Shown here: one piece after another, positions 1-9,736 of the stretch | Layout: the number at the start of each line of letters is the position of its first letter | Position numbering within the stretch: position 1 is the first letter of the stretch | Source of the DNA: Candidatus Hydrogenedentota bacterium | Lineage (GTDB): Bacteria; Hydrogenedentota; Hydrogenedentia; Hydrogenedentales; SLHB01 | Reading direction: 5' to 3' | Length of the DNA: 40,287 nucleotides | Assembly: GCA_963668025.2 (NCBI GenBank) | Contig: CAXXTH010000020.1 | Span: forward strand, 1 to 40,287 | The notes under the pieces: generated by a model | Database searches by the model: none | Told to the model about the DNA's origin: nothing | The model's input: the letters and a program-made list of their open reading frames with translations, nothing else | Made by a program: the position numbers and the translations under genes

Positions 1-238
1 TGGCAGTGGCGGATAACCCTGCCGCGGCGGCAGCCCTGGAGAAGCGCCCCGTTCCGCATCCAATCTCCAAGACGGACGCCCCGGGCGGCAGTTGCAGCAT
101 GCCGAGCATTTCCCGGTTTTCGGCGTTTACATCCCGAAAGTCAGCCATGCGGTTGTCGTAGGTGGCGATTTCTTTCAAATCGGTGTAATCCGTGCCGACT
201 TGCTGCATCTCATTCCATTGCCAATCCGGAGTTTTCAT
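1..238 (-). CDS. Class I SAM-dependent methyltransferase (runs off the window start)
   Basis: Manual translation MKTPDWQWNEMQQVGTDY...GASVLEIGCGTGRFSRA contains motif I (LEIGCGTG); GAGGT RBS upstream; absent from the ORF track because it is partial. Confidence 0.85.
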   Translation of the reverse strand, partial: MKTPDWQWNEMQQVGTDYTDLKEIATYDNRMADFRDVNAENREMLGMLQLPPGASVLEIGCGTGRFSRAAAAAGLSATA

Positions 239-309
239 CGATTGAACCTCATTTCCAATTACCATTTATACGAAAAGAATCCTAAAATATCCGTTTCATG
301 CGCACATGC

Positions 310-1521
310 TCAGGGGAGCAGGCGTTCAAACTCTTGTTCATACGCCTTTGCTATGTCTGGCGAATGGATGATCAGCACATTTTCATCGTTGCGTTCTTCC
401 GCCGATTGGCTGAAATTATAGCTTCCGGTGATCACGGTCGAAGCATCAACGATGATCACTTTGTGGTGCATGGTATGCGGATTATCATCGAGATAGATTT
501 GTGCGCCCTGGCTTGATAGATATTCATCTTTACTGTATGTGCTTCCCGCGTTGCGCCGCTCGAAAACGCCCCGGACTCGGACGCCTGCAGGGATGCGCTG
601 GGCCATGGTTTCCGCGATGGGCTTGGAAGTGAATGAAAACGCCATGAAGTCAATGGCGCGCTGGGCAGGCTGCAATTCATCGAGGATCTCTTCCTGCACA
701 TCATCTTCCGGCGCGAAGTAACATTCCACGGATGTTCCCTTGACATCCACTTGGGGGTATGGCGTGGCGCGCGGCGCTCCACCGCCGAATAAATGGCTCG
801 TAAACATCTCCTCGAATTCGCGTGCGTAATCCACGGCCAGCGGCTCCGACTCGATGCGCAAGGCGTTGTTGTTGTTGCGGAACAAGCAATTCTCTGTAAC
901 ATTGGTCGAGCCTGTCCAGACAATCGCACCGTCCACGACGATAAACTTGTCATGCATGAAGGGCTTGCGTTCATCAAAAACGGCGGGGATGCCTGCGGCG
1001 ATGCAGGCGCGCATGGCGGGCCGGTCTTTGTAATCGGAATCAGAGACAATTCGCACCGCCACACCCGCGTGATGGCGTTCGATAAGCGCATCGGCTGCGT
1101 CGGACCATTCGAGTTCGTACAATGCGCATATAATGGATTTCCGTGCGCCGCGTATCAGGTGGAGCAGCGCACTGCCGCCGCCAGAAGCGTCGTCGGGAAC
1201 GCATGGTGAAAAATAGACCGTGATGCCAGGCGAACCAGAGGCCGGTGAGGATGTTGCAACCGTTTGGGGCGCGTGAATGCGTTCGGAAAGCCGCTTCCAT
1301 GCGGATTCTATATCGGGCTGGATGCGCCGCATGGCGCTTCGCGCCAGCGCATCGAGCGCATCGGATTCCTGGCGTACGCGGCGCAGAATATCGGGCCGCA
1401 TCACGAGCAGAATGATGGCGCCGGCCACGGCCAGCATCAGGCACAACAAAAACAAACGCGCCACGCTTCCGCGCGGCGATCTGGCGCTGGTTCTAGATAT
1501 GCGGCGTTTGCTTCGGGCCAT
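310..1521 (-). CDS. Phospholipase D-family protein, membrane anchored, two HKD domains
   Basis: MHDKFIVVD...TGSTN and MHHKVIIVD...TGSYN motifs; N-terminal TM helix; start placed at MARSKRR (ORF open to 1569). Confidence 0.9.
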   Translation of the reverse strand: MARSKRRISRTSARSPRGSVARLFLLCLMLAVAGAIILLVMRPDILRRVRQESDALDALARSAMRRIQPDIESAWKRLSERIHAPQTVATSSPASGSPGITVYFSPCVPDDASGGGSALLHLIRGARKSIICALYELEWSDAADALIERHHAGVAVRIVSDSDYKDRPAMRACIAAGIPAVFDERKPFMHDKFIVVDGAIVWTGSTNVTENCLFRNNNNALRIESEPLAVDYAREFEEMFTSHLFGGGAPRATPYPQVDVKGTSVECYFAPEDDVQEEILDELQPAQRAIDFMAFSFTSKPIAETMAQRIPAGVRVRGVFERRNAGSTYSKDEYLSSQGAQIYLDDNPHTMHHKVIIVDASTVITGSYNFSQSAEERNDENVLIIHSPDIAKAYEQEFERLLP

Positions 1522-1637
1522 GACGGGATAATGCCATAGTCTGATCACGCCTATCCACACCCCACGCACCCCTTGGAAAGAGCGGCAGGATTAGGCCAAA
1601 ATACGCGAAACAGGATTGTACGCCAGATTGGAGAGTC

Positions 1638-2945
1638 ATGGGTTTCTTTTCGCGCATGGAAAAGCAGGCCGCTTCGGCTGCGGAGATGCTCCGCACGCCA
1701 ACCGTGTTTCAGGCGGGTGTGGTGTTTTCAGGCACGCTGGCATCGGCCGGATTGCGCATCGCCGTGGCGTTCAGCCTCGCGCGGGCGTTATCAGCGCGGG
1801 AATATGGCCTGCTCGAAATTTACATTGCCGTAATGGATCTTATCGCGCTATATGCCGACAGCGGCCTCCACGCCACGCTGGTCCGTTTCATGGCGCAAAA
1901 TCCGCCGGAGGCCGCCCGGCGGACGGCTGGGCGCAGTTTAGTTTTGAAGGGACTGCTCACGGGGCTAATCGTGCTGTTGGCCGCCTTGCTGTTTCCGTTC
2001 TGCCGCCGGATACTCAGCTTGGGCGAAGAAGCCCCATGGATGTATTTCAGCGCCGTGATGGCAGGGGCGTTTCTGGCTGCGAATGGATTCGCACTGGCCA
2101 TTATGCAGGGGCGGCTCCGCTACGGCCTATATGCCTGGCAGGCCATCGTGGTGAATCTGATTCGCATCGCCTTGGTGGGCGGGGCATTGGCGCTAGGCAT
2201 GCGCGGGCTGCTTCCCTTATCGGTGCTGTTCTTTATCGCGCCTGCCGCCGCGATGCTGTTGGCGGCCCCCGCCGCCCGCTCCGTTTTGCAGGATGCCGCT
2301 CCGGGCGAAGTCCATTCCGATGGGGCGTCCTACGGAGAGCTTGCGCGTTTCATGGCTCCCCTGGCGGCGCTACAGGTGATTGTCTCGACGATGCCCTATG
2401 TCTCGAAGTTCATGTTGCAAGCCATGGCCACGCCGGTGGACGTGGCGAATTATGCCTTGGCGTATCAGCTCGGATTCATTTTCCCGTTGCTCACGGGGGC
2501 GCTGTTTACCGTATTGCTGCCGAAAGTATCCGCCATGCGGAGCGCGGATGAATTGGCGGCCTATCGACGAAAAGCGTTGCGGTTGTATCCAATTGTGATG
2601 GCGCTCACCTTGGCGGGCGTTCTCGCGGGGCCGCCGGTTCTCACGTTGTTTTTTGGCGATAAATACGCCGCCGCCGCGCCGATCTTGCGTCTCATGGTGT
2701 TTTGTTTTGGCCTGCATGTCGTGACCCAGCCGCTCTCGCTGGCGTTCTACGCCGTGGGGCGGCCACATACGCTCACCTGGATTTATGGCGTGCAACTGGC
2801 GCTGCTGGCGGCGCTCTGCGCGGTGCTGATACCTCTCTTGCAGGGGATGGGAGCCGCCCTGGCGCTCACGCTTTCCACCATGGGAGCCGTAGGCGCTATC
2901 ATTGTGTTGTCCGGCAAAGCCATTAGGCAAACGGCCCAGCCGTAG
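1638..2945 (+). CDS. Wzx/MATE-like oligosaccharide flippase
   Basis: 435-aa polytopic membrane protein with ARALSAREYG and LFFGDKYAAAAPIL flippase-type signatures. Confidence 0.85.
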   Translation: MGFFSRMEKQAASAAEMLRTPTVFQAGVVFSGTLASAGLRIAVAFSLARALSAREYGLLEIYIAVMDLIALYADSGLHATLVRFMAQNPPEAARRTAGRSLVLKGLLTGLIVLLAALLFPFCRRILSLGEEAPWMYFSAVMAGAFLAANGFALAIMQGRLRYGLYAWQAIVVNLIRIALVGGALALGMRGLLPLSVLFFIAPAAAMLLAAPAARSVLQDAAPGEVHSDGASYGELARFMAPLAALQVIVSTMPYVSKFMLQAMATPVDVANYALAYQLGFIFPLLTGALFTVLLPKVSAMRSADELAAYRRKALRLYPIVMALTLAGVLAGPPVLTLFFGDKYAAAAPILRLMVFCFGLHVVTQPLSLAFYAVGRPHTLTWIYGVQLALLAALCAVLIPLLQGMGAALALTLSTMGAVGAIIVLSGKAIRQTAQP

Positions 2946-3023
2946 CATGGGCGGGAGGTCGGAAACGCGTTGTTTTATGCAGTGGGGCGATTAGGCATAA
3001 CCTGCATGTTATCGGTATAGTTT

Positions 3024-3045
3024 GTAGGGTGGGGCTTGCCCCACC
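3024..3045 (+). repeat. GTAG-type REP palindrome
   Basis: GTAG followed by GGTGGGGC-TT-GCCCCACC perfect 8-bp stem. Confidence 0.7.
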
Positions 3046-3182
3046 GGTAGCGCCGGAAGCCCTAAATGGTGATATTGGAAAAGCATTTTCATATGGGTTG
3101 TGGGCAGGTGTTAAAAACGTAGGAGAACTGGCCACATAAGGCGCAAGAGACACAGAAAAAGAAAATGAGGAGAGGAACCGAA

Positions 3183-3368
3183 ATGGCAAAATGCCCGTAT
3201 TGTGAAAATCCGGTCGTTCTGACGGCAACAGGTTTCGACAAGAAGAATGAGGTGAACAAGGAAACCAAAGGGGCCGTCAAGAAAGAGGTCATGTATTCCT
3301 GTCCTCACTGTGACTGCATCCTTGGTTTTGGGTACTTTTTCGGAGGATTACTCACAGGCAGGCCGTAG
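3183..3368 (+). CDS. Small zinc-ribbon protein (61 aa)
   Basis: CPYC...CPHC pair; GAGGAGAGG RBS before ATG 3183. Confidence 0.75.
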   Translation: MAKCPYCENPVVLTATGFDKKNEVNKETKGAVKKEVMYSCPHCDCILGFGYFFGGLLTGRP

Positions 3369-3537
3369 CCGGCAAGCGAACCGTACATCGAGCAAGGAGG
3401 TTCCTCCCACATCCTAGGAAGAAGAATCCATGGATACGAGCGTAGCGCCTATTGCGCCATACGAACGTGAACTGCCCCAGATGGGCATATAAGGTGGAGG
3501 TGCGGATTCCAGCTCCGCTGAAAGGGGGAATACCGCC

Positions 3538-3858
3538 TTGAGCGTGTATTGGACCGAAAGAATCGCGGGACAGGGGAGACTCGTGGCCATACCGCGAGTT
3601 CTTCCTGTGTTTGTGCTGATCGACATGATGGCCGGTTGCGCCCGATTGCCGTTGGGGGCAAGAAACGATAGGCCGTTGCATGGGGATAGCCAATTGCTGG
3701 CACCGGGCTCGGTCTTCCGGAGCAAGGACTACGGCCGGACGTGGACGAAAACAGCGCAAGTCGAGAGCGGCGAGCCGCTTGGAACCAACGTGACGCGCAT
3801 TGCCTCGGCGGGCGGCGCAGCCGCCTGGAAGTTTGTTGGGTGTGGCTTGCCTCACTGA
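3538..3858 (+). pseudogene. Remnant of a BNR/Asp-box (sialidase-like) lipoprotein
   Basis: One Asp-box VFRSKDYGRTW and lipobox-like MMAGC; too short for a propeller. Confidence 0.35.
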
Positions 3859-3861
3859 TCA

Positions 3862-3878
3862 GGGCGGTGCGCCCCTAC
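3862..3878 (-). repeat. GTAG-type REP palindrome
   Basis: Plus strand GGGCG-GTG-CGCCC-CTAC, so GTAG lies on the minus strand. Confidence 0.55.
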
Positions 3879-3966
3879 AACGGCACAAAAAAACGAATAC
3901 GGTAACTATTTGATATGATTTGCAGGCTGTTGCCTGATTCTATCCCAAAAGCAAGGGGGCAATTGC

Positions 3967-4932
3967 ATGACTCGCAAAGAAATCGTTTACCGCGCCATCG
4001 AGTTTAGAGACCCGCCACGAACGCCGGTCAATCATTGCAACCGGGATCTCGATGAATCCGACACCGCCCATGTGTGCGGACAGGCCGCCGCCGGATTCGT
4101 CCCTTCGCGCCCTGGAGAAACGGAATGGGGGTATGTGTGGGAGGCCGTGGATGAAACCATGGGTCAGCCGAAGACGCATCCATTGGCTGATGCGGCGCGC
4201 ATACCGGAGTTTATTCCGCCTGATCCGTTCGCGCCAGGCCGCTTTGATGCCCTCGAAGCAGCCACCTGCCAGGTAAGCGGGCAATTCGTCAAATTTTGCC
4301 TGGGTATCTCGGGATTCAATCAAACCGCCTTTTTAAGGGGATTTCAATCCTTTTTAATGGACTTGTACATGGACTTGCCCTTGGCCGAACGCCTGCTGGA
4401 CATGGTATTCGACTTCGAGACCGCCCTCATCGAGCAAACCGCGCCCTTTGGCATTGATGCGATTGCATTCGGGGATGACTGGGGCACGCAGGAAGGGCTT
4501 ATCATCGATCCCGCGTTATGGCGGCAGGTGTTCCGGCCCCGCTATGCCCGGCAGTTCGAGCGCGCCCATGCCGCAGGCAAGAAGGTATGGTTCCATACTT
4601 GCGGAAATGTATGGGAGATTATAGGTGATTTGATCGACATCGGCGTGGATGTCCTCGAGCTGCTCCAGCCGGATGTGTTTGGCGTGGAACGCCTGGCGTG
4701 CGAATTTGGCGGCAAGACCTGTTTCTGCTGTTCCGTGGACCATCAGCGCCGGGCTATTTCAGGAACGCGCAGTGAAATCTTTGAATATGCCCAACTGCTG
4801 CGCGACCGCCTTGGGGCGTATCATGGCGGATTCATCGGTTATGTCGAGGATTACCGCAGCCTTGGCATGAGCGAACAGAACTACCAATGGATCCGCGAAG
4901 CGTTCCACGGCCTTGGGCCCGCGCATTCATAA
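3967..4932 (+). CDS. Uroporphyrinogen decarboxylase / MtaA-CmuA family protein
   Basis: LRGFQSFLMDL, FGDDWGTQ, FHTCGN, IDIGVDVL motifs. Confidence 0.9.
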   Translation: MTRKEIVYRAIEFRDPPRTPVNHCNRDLDESDTAHVCGQAAAGFVPSRPGETEWGYVWEAVDETMGQPKTHPLADAARIPEFIPPDPFAPGRFDALEAATCQVSGQFVKFCLGISGFNQTAFLRGFQSFLMDLYMDLPLAERLLDMVFDFETALIEQTAPFGIDAIAFGDDWGTQEGLIIDPALWRQVFRPRYARQFERAHAAGKKVWFHTCGNVWEIIGDLIDIGVDVLELLQPDVFGVERLACEFGGKTCFCCSVDHQRRAISGTRSEIFEYAQLLRDRLGAYHGGFIGYVEDYRSLGMSEQNYQWIREAFHGLGPAHS

Positions 4933-4987
4933 ATACATGGACGCTACGGGAAGCATACGCTCCTGATCTGTGTTTCGTTATACAAAC

Positions 4988-5052
4988 CTAACCAAAAGTT
5001 GTATTGGAAATCGTGCTTTTCTAACCATCGCCTAACATGAAGGCTTTATGCT
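4988..5052 (+). promoter_or_regulatory. PhoB/OmpR-type tandem repeat box with -10 element
   Basis: CTAAC at 4988, 5021 and 5032 (11-bp phasing); TATGCT at 5047-5052, 10 bp after the last repeat. Confidence 0.45.
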
Positions 5053-5471
5053 CTCCATAAATTAGGAGCAAGGAGCGATAGACAACAAGGCTTCATCTTT
5101 ACACAGGAAGCCTGAAAGCCAAGGCTCCCGGGGACAGCCCGGCGGCAATCCGCTGATGACGCCACACACACAAACAGCGCCGCCGGGAGATGTCCCTGGT
5201 TTATGTTTCGATGCGCTACAGTTGAATCTTAAAACGACAACGTTTCAACGCCCACACCAGGACGCCCGCCCGCCATCGTCACGCGAAAGACCACAATGTT
5301 TCACCTCCCAGCACAAGCAGGGCGGGCGCTCCTCCACTATAGATGCGGTAAATCCACGGCGCCCGGTGTAATGCCGGTGTGAAGCCTTTATGCAAGGCAT
5401 GGCTGCGCGGTATGATACCTTCTCTCTGGCAACATGCCGCCGCCAGCATGCAATGGGTGGGAAAGCGTGGA

Positions 5472-6128
5472 ATGAATCCGCAAGCCGATTCACGGTCAGG
5501 CCGAGGCCGTTGCCATATCGTGGCGATAGGCGGGCCGTCGTGCGCTGGAAAAAGTACGTTGGCGCGTTTGCTGGCCGGGAAATTTCCGGCGGGGCAGGCG
5601 GCTACGCTCGAATTAGATTCCTACTATTGCGACCGTTCGCATCTGCCTCTTGAAGAACGAGCGGCATGTAACTTTGATCATCCCAGCGCATTGGATTGGC
5701 CGTTGCTCGAAAAGCATGCCGCAGCTCTTGCCGATGGAAACGCGATTATGCGCCCTGTATATGATTTCACGGCGCACGCGCGCGTGATTGGAGATGAACG
5801 GGCCATTCCGCCAGCGCCAGTTCTGTTTATCGAAGGCCTGCTGGCGCTCTATTCGTCCTATATTCGAGAGAAGGCTTGCCTGTGTTTGTATGTCGATTTG
5901 CCAGAAGCCGCGTGCCTCGAACGGCGTATCTCGCGCGATATGCGGGAACGCGGCCGAACACGAGATTCCGTCATGCGGCAATTTTCCGAAACTGTCGAAC
6001 CGATGGCGAAAGCGTTCGTATTACCCACGCGTTCCTATGCGGATATCATCATTGATGGAACAGATTTGCCTTTATCCGCTTGCCGTGTATACGAGGTGTT
6101 GCAGCCGGTATGTATACCAGATGCATAA
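5472..6128 (+). CDS. udk: Uridine kinase
   Basis: P-loop GGPSCAGKST, LDSYY, NFDHPSALD, PVYDF, RRISRDMRERGRT; start uncertain (5379 or 5472). Confidence 0.9.
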   Translation: MNPQADSRSGRGRCHIVAIGGPSCAGKSTLARLLAGKFPAGQAATLELDSYYCDRSHLPLEERAACNFDHPSALDWPLLEKHAAALADGNAIMRPVYDFTAHARVIGDERAIPPAPVLFIEGLLALYSSYIREKACLCLYVDLPEAACLERRISRDMRERGRTRDSVMRQFSETVEPMAKAFVLPTRSYADIIIDGTDLPLSACRVYEVLQPVCIPDA

Positions 6129-6135
6129 AGCATAA

Positions 6136-6180
6136 GATTGCCGTGGACTACGCCCTTGAGCGCATTAGTCCACGGCAATC
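6136..6180. terminator. Hairpin between convergent genes, probable bidirectional terminator
   Basis: Perfect 15-bp stem GATTGCCGTGGACTA / TAGTCCACGGCAATC. Confidence 0.65.
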
Positions 6181-6223
6181 AGGAATTAATCTATTCGTAT
6201 ACAGTTTTTAACGCTGTTGGAGA

Positions 6224-6730
6224 TTAGCCGTTTGCAGCCGCGCCAGCGGGCGCTTCGGCTTGGCCGGACGGGGCAGCTTCTTTCGGGGCTTCGCACTTGG
6301 CTTTGCCATCACATTGGGCTTTATCGCCACATTTGGCCTTATCGCCGCATTTTGCTTTATCACCGCAGCACGCTTTTACGCCGCAATTGTCTTTTTCCGT
6401 GCAGCATGTTTTTTCTGCACACTTGGCCTTGTCGCCGCCGCAGGCCTTATCGCCGCACTTGGCTTTGTCGCCACAGCACGCTTTGTCGCCACAATTGTCT
6501 TTTTCCGTGCAACATGCCTTTTCTTGACACTTGGCCTTATCGCCGCCGCATGCTTTGGCGTCCGTAGTGCCTGTGGGTTGCGTATCTTCGGTGGCTGCGG
6601 AAGCCGTAGCGATCACCGCAGCACTAAGAGGACATGCGCCGCCACTGCACATACTGGCATACGCAGCGCCGCCTACTATAAGCAAGCCCAGAAACGCTAA
6701 ACCTGCCAGTTTGACCATCTTGTATTTCAT
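6224..6730 (-). CDS. Secreted cysteine-rich repeat protein
   Basis: Signal peptide (AYA|S), AGGAG RBS, 21 Cys, duplicated 36-aa unit and GDKAKC repeats. Confidence 0.8.
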   Translation of the reverse strand: MKYKMVKLAGLAFLGLLIVGGAAYASMCSGGACPLSAAVIATASAATEDTQPTGTTDAKACGGDKAKCQEKACCTEKDNCGDKACCGDKAKCGDKACGGDKAKCAEKTCCTEKDNCGVKACCGDKAKCGDKAKCGDKAQCDGKAKCEAPKEAAPSGQAEAPAGAAANG

Positions 6731-7033
6731 TAGGATGCTCCTTTTGAGTTCCGCGCCATGTAGCGCTCTTTAATCTCCATACAACGTCATTCAAACAAGG
6801 CCGCAATGGCCTTTATTTCATTCCGGCTGGGAGAACCCAGCCGTTGTTTGTATTCCATACTGCGATGAATCCATGTCACTCTGGAGAGTATCAATTTAAA
6901 GGTTCTACAGAGTGAAATACACCGCCAGTTTCATGTGTTTACCTGCATTGACCCATGTGTGCGGCCCGGTGTAAGGTCATTCCATGTGGCGCGTGGACAA
7001 CCTTGTAGCCGAGCGAAGGGAGAAACGCCTGCG

Positions 7034-8188
7034 ATGAAGCTCCACGAGTTCCAAGCCAAGGAATTGTTTCGTGCATATGGAATTCCCGCTCCGGACGGGC
7101 GTGCTGTCCGCACCGCTAGCGAAGCCGCCCAAGCGGCATGCGAAATGGGCTTGCCCGTGGTGCTCAAGGCTCAAGTCCACGTGGGCGGGCGCGGCAAGGC
7201 GGGAGGCGTTCGTGTCGTGAAACAAGCGGAACAAGTCGCGCCCGAGGCGGAAGCTATTCTAGGGCTCTCCATCAAAGGCCTTCCCGTACGCAAACTCCTC
7301 GTGACGCCCGCCGTGAATATCCAGAAGGAAGTGTATGTAAGCCTGCTCATTGACCGTGGCGCGCGGAGCGCGGTGTTTATCGGCTGCGCCGAGGGCGGCA
7401 TCGAGATTGAAGTGACCGCTAAGGAGTCGCCGGAGAAAATCCTGCGCCGCCCAGTGGCCGTGAACGAACTGGCCCGGCTTTCGGAAGAATCATTGCTGCC
7501 GTTCGCCCGCCAGCTTTTCCCAGAGGCCGATCATGCCCGGCAAGCGGCGGCGATTTTGTCGCGCATGGGCAAACTCTTCGTGGAGAAGGATTGCTCGCTC
7601 ATCGAAATAAATCCGTTGATTTTAGATGGAGCCGGGCGAGTCACCGCCCTCGATGCAAAAATGATGCTCGATGATAACGCCTTGTTCCGCCATCCCGAGT
7701 TGCTCGAATTGCGCGACATGGATGCGGAAGACGCCGATGAATTGGCGGCTAAGGAGCAAGGACTGAGTTTCATCCGGCTTGATGGCGATATCGGGTGCAT
7801 GGTGAACGGCGCGGGCCTGGCCATGGCGACAATGGACACGATCAAGCATTTCGGAGGAAAGCCCGCCAATTTCCTGGATGTGGGCGGAAGCTCGGATCCG
7901 CGAAAAGTCGTGGCCGCTTTCCAGTTCATTCTGAAAGACCCCAATGTGAAAGCCATCCTGATCAATATTTTCGGCGGCATCACGCGCTGCGATGATATCG
8001 CTCGAGGCATACTGGCCTCGCTGGAACAAATGCCGATGCGCGTGCCGGTCGTGATCCGCCTTATCGGCACGAATCAGGAGGAGGGGCGCAAGCTGCTCGA
8101 AGGCGCGGCGCTTACGCCAGCGGCGACGCTCGAGGAAGGGGCCACTATTGCCGCGGCTTGCGCCGCAGGCAAAGGAGATGCGCCGTGA
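7034..8188 (+). CDS. sucC: Succinyl-CoA synthetase beta subunit
   Basis: [45 protein letters not shown]. Confidence 0.97.
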   Translation: MKLHEFQAKELFRAYGIPAPDGRAVRTASEAAQAACEMGLPVVLKAQVHVGGRGKAGGVRVVKQAEQVAPEAEAILGLSIKGLPVRKLLVTPAVNIQKEVYVSLLIDRGARSAVFIGCAEGGIEIEVTAKESPEKILRRPVAVNELARLSEESLLPFARQLFPEADHARQAAAILSRMGKLFVEKDCSLIEINPLILDGAGRVTALDAKMMLDDNALFRHPELLELRDMDAEDADELAAKEQGLSFIRLDGDIGCMVNGAGLAMATMDTIKHFGGKPANFLDVGGSSDPRKVVAAFQFILKDPNVKAILINIFGGITRCDDIARGILASLEQMPMRVPVVIRLIGTNQEEGRKLLEGAALTPAATLEEGATIAAACAAGKGDAP

Positions 8189-9060
8189 GCATTCTCATTG
8201 ACGCCAACAGCAAAGTGATCGTCCAAGGCATCACGGGCCGCGATGGCTCGTTTCACACCCGGCAAATGATGGACTATGGCACGAAGATCGTGGGCGGGGT
8301 GACGCCGGGCAAGGGCGGGCAGGAATGCCTGGGCGTGCCGGTCTTCAACAGCGTTCCCGAAGCAGTTGCGGCCACGGGAGCGACCGTATCCGTGATGTAT
8401 GTGCCCGCGCCATTCGCCAAGGCGGCCATGTTCGATGCGGCTGCCGCACCCCTCGAGTTGTTGGTGGCCATCACGGAAGGCATCCCGACGCTGGATGTGC
8501 TCGAAGCGTGGGAGGCGCTGCGCGCACGCGGCATCCGGCTCATCGGCCCCAATTGCCCAGGCTTAATCACGCCGGGCCAATGCAAAGTTGGCATCATGCC
8601 GGGCAACATCCACCAGCCGGGCCGCATCGGCGTCATTTCCCGCAGCGGCACGCTGACCTACGAGATTGTGAAGGCCTTGAGCGATTCCGGCATGGGCCAA
8701 TCCACCTGCATCGGCATCGGCGGTGATCCCATCATCGGCAGCACATTCACGGATCTATTACCGCTCTTCGAGGCGGACCCGCAAACGGACGCCATCGTGC
8801 TGGTGGGTGAGATCGGCGGGCAGGGCGAAGTGCATGCCGCCCGTTATTTCCAGGAACACATGTCCAAACCGATTGTGGGATTCATGGCGGGGCTCACCGC
8901 GCCGCCCGGACGCCGCATGGGGCATGCGGGCGCTATCGTGGGCGGGGAAGAAGACACCGCCGCCTCGAAGATCAAGAAACTCGAAGCGGCGGGCATACCT
9001 ATCGCGGGCGTGATCAGCGAAGTGCCACGCTTGTTACAGGAGGTGCTTTCAGCTCCCTGA
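8185..9060 (+). CDS. sucD: Succinyl-CoA synthetase alpha subunit
   Basis: [29 protein letters not shown] phospho-His motif; GTGA overlap with sucC. Confidence 0.97.
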   Translation: MSILIDANSKVIVQGITGRDGSFHTRQMMDYGTKIVGGVTPGKGGQECLGVPVFNSVPEAVAATGATVSVMYVPAPFAKAAMFDAAAAPLELLVAITEGIPTLDVLEAWEALRARGIRLIGPNCPGLITPGQCKVGIMPGNIHQPGRIGVISRSGTLTYEIVKALSDSGMGQSTCIGIGGDPIIGSTFTDLLPLFEADPQTDAIVLVGEIGGQGEVHAARYFQEHMSKPIVGFMAGLTAPPGRRMGHAGAIVGGEEDTAASKIKKLEAAGIPIAGVISEVPRLLQEVLSAP

Positions 9061-9135
9061 AACAAATCCGAGAATTAATCGGATCAGATTGAGAATGAAC
9101 GAAAGAACCTCAAGGATGCTGGATAAGTCGGTCAT
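9049..9135 (-). CDS. Small 28-aa amphipathic/hydrophobic peptide
   Basis: [28 protein letters not shown] preceded by GAGGAG RBS; below the ORF-track cutoff. Confidence 0.55.
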   Translation of the reverse strand: MTDLSSILEVLSFILNLIRLILGFVSGS

Positions 9136-9322
9136 ATTTTCTCTCCTCTTCATTTCCACATATTAGCCAAGCTTTAGCGCCGCTGGCCCCATCTCCAGCA
9201 ACAAGAATAGTATACACAATCTCGAATGGCGCATGCATTGTTTTTCATGTCTCTTGCGCCTTGTGTGGAAGCGAAGCACAAGCATTTTATTGCAGTGCGA
9301 TGATCTTGCGTTTCCGCAATGG

Positions 9323-9736
9323 CTATTCGCCCATGACTTTAATAATCAGCCGCTTGCGGCGCTGGCCATCGAATTCCGCGTAATACACTTGCTGCCACGG
9401 CCCCAAGTCGAGCCGCCCTTCCGTGATGGGCACAATCACCTCATGATGGACAAGCATGCTCTTCAGGTGGGAATCGCCGTTGGTTTCGCCGGTGCGGTGG
9501 TGGCGGTAATCGGCCCTGAACGGCGCAAGTTCTTCAAGCCAATCGTCGATATCTTGGATCAAACCCGATTCGGCGTCATTCACATAGACACCCGCCGTGA
9601 TGTGCATGGCGCTCACAAGGACCATGCCTTCCTGGACCCCGCTCTTGCGCACCACTTCTTCGACTTGGCTCGTAATGTTGATATATTCGCGGTGTTTTTT
9701 TGTCTGAAACCACAAATATTCCGTGGCGAATTTCAT
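9323..9736 (-). CDS. yjbQ: YjbQ/UPF0047 family protein
   Basis: [30 protein letters not shown]; ATGA overlap with the upstream gene. Confidence 0.92.
   Translation of the reverse strand: MKFATEYLWFQTKKHREYINITSQVEEVVRKSGVQEGMVLVSAMHITAGVYVNDAESGLIQDIDDWLEELAPFRADYRHHRTGETNGDSHLKSMLVHHEVIVPITEGRLDLGPWQQVYYAEFDGQRRKRLIIKVMGE

Noticed and set aside
310-1521. PLD as an anti-phage nuclease system
   Set aside because: Membrane-anchored double-HKD protein with no helicase or restriction partner; the neighbour looks like a small-molecule methyltransferase
5100-5200. Known riboswitch (c-di-GMP, c-di-AMP)
   Set aside because: Consensus motifs could not be matched by eye; kept only as an unclassified structured region
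5156-5371. 71-aa ORF as a real gene
   Set aside because: No RBS at the ATG, no recognisable motif, and it overlaps strong hairpins
6290-6560. Tandem DNA repeats as a CRISPR array
   Set aside because: The repeats are in-frame coding units of the Cys-rich protein, with no unique spacers or cas genes
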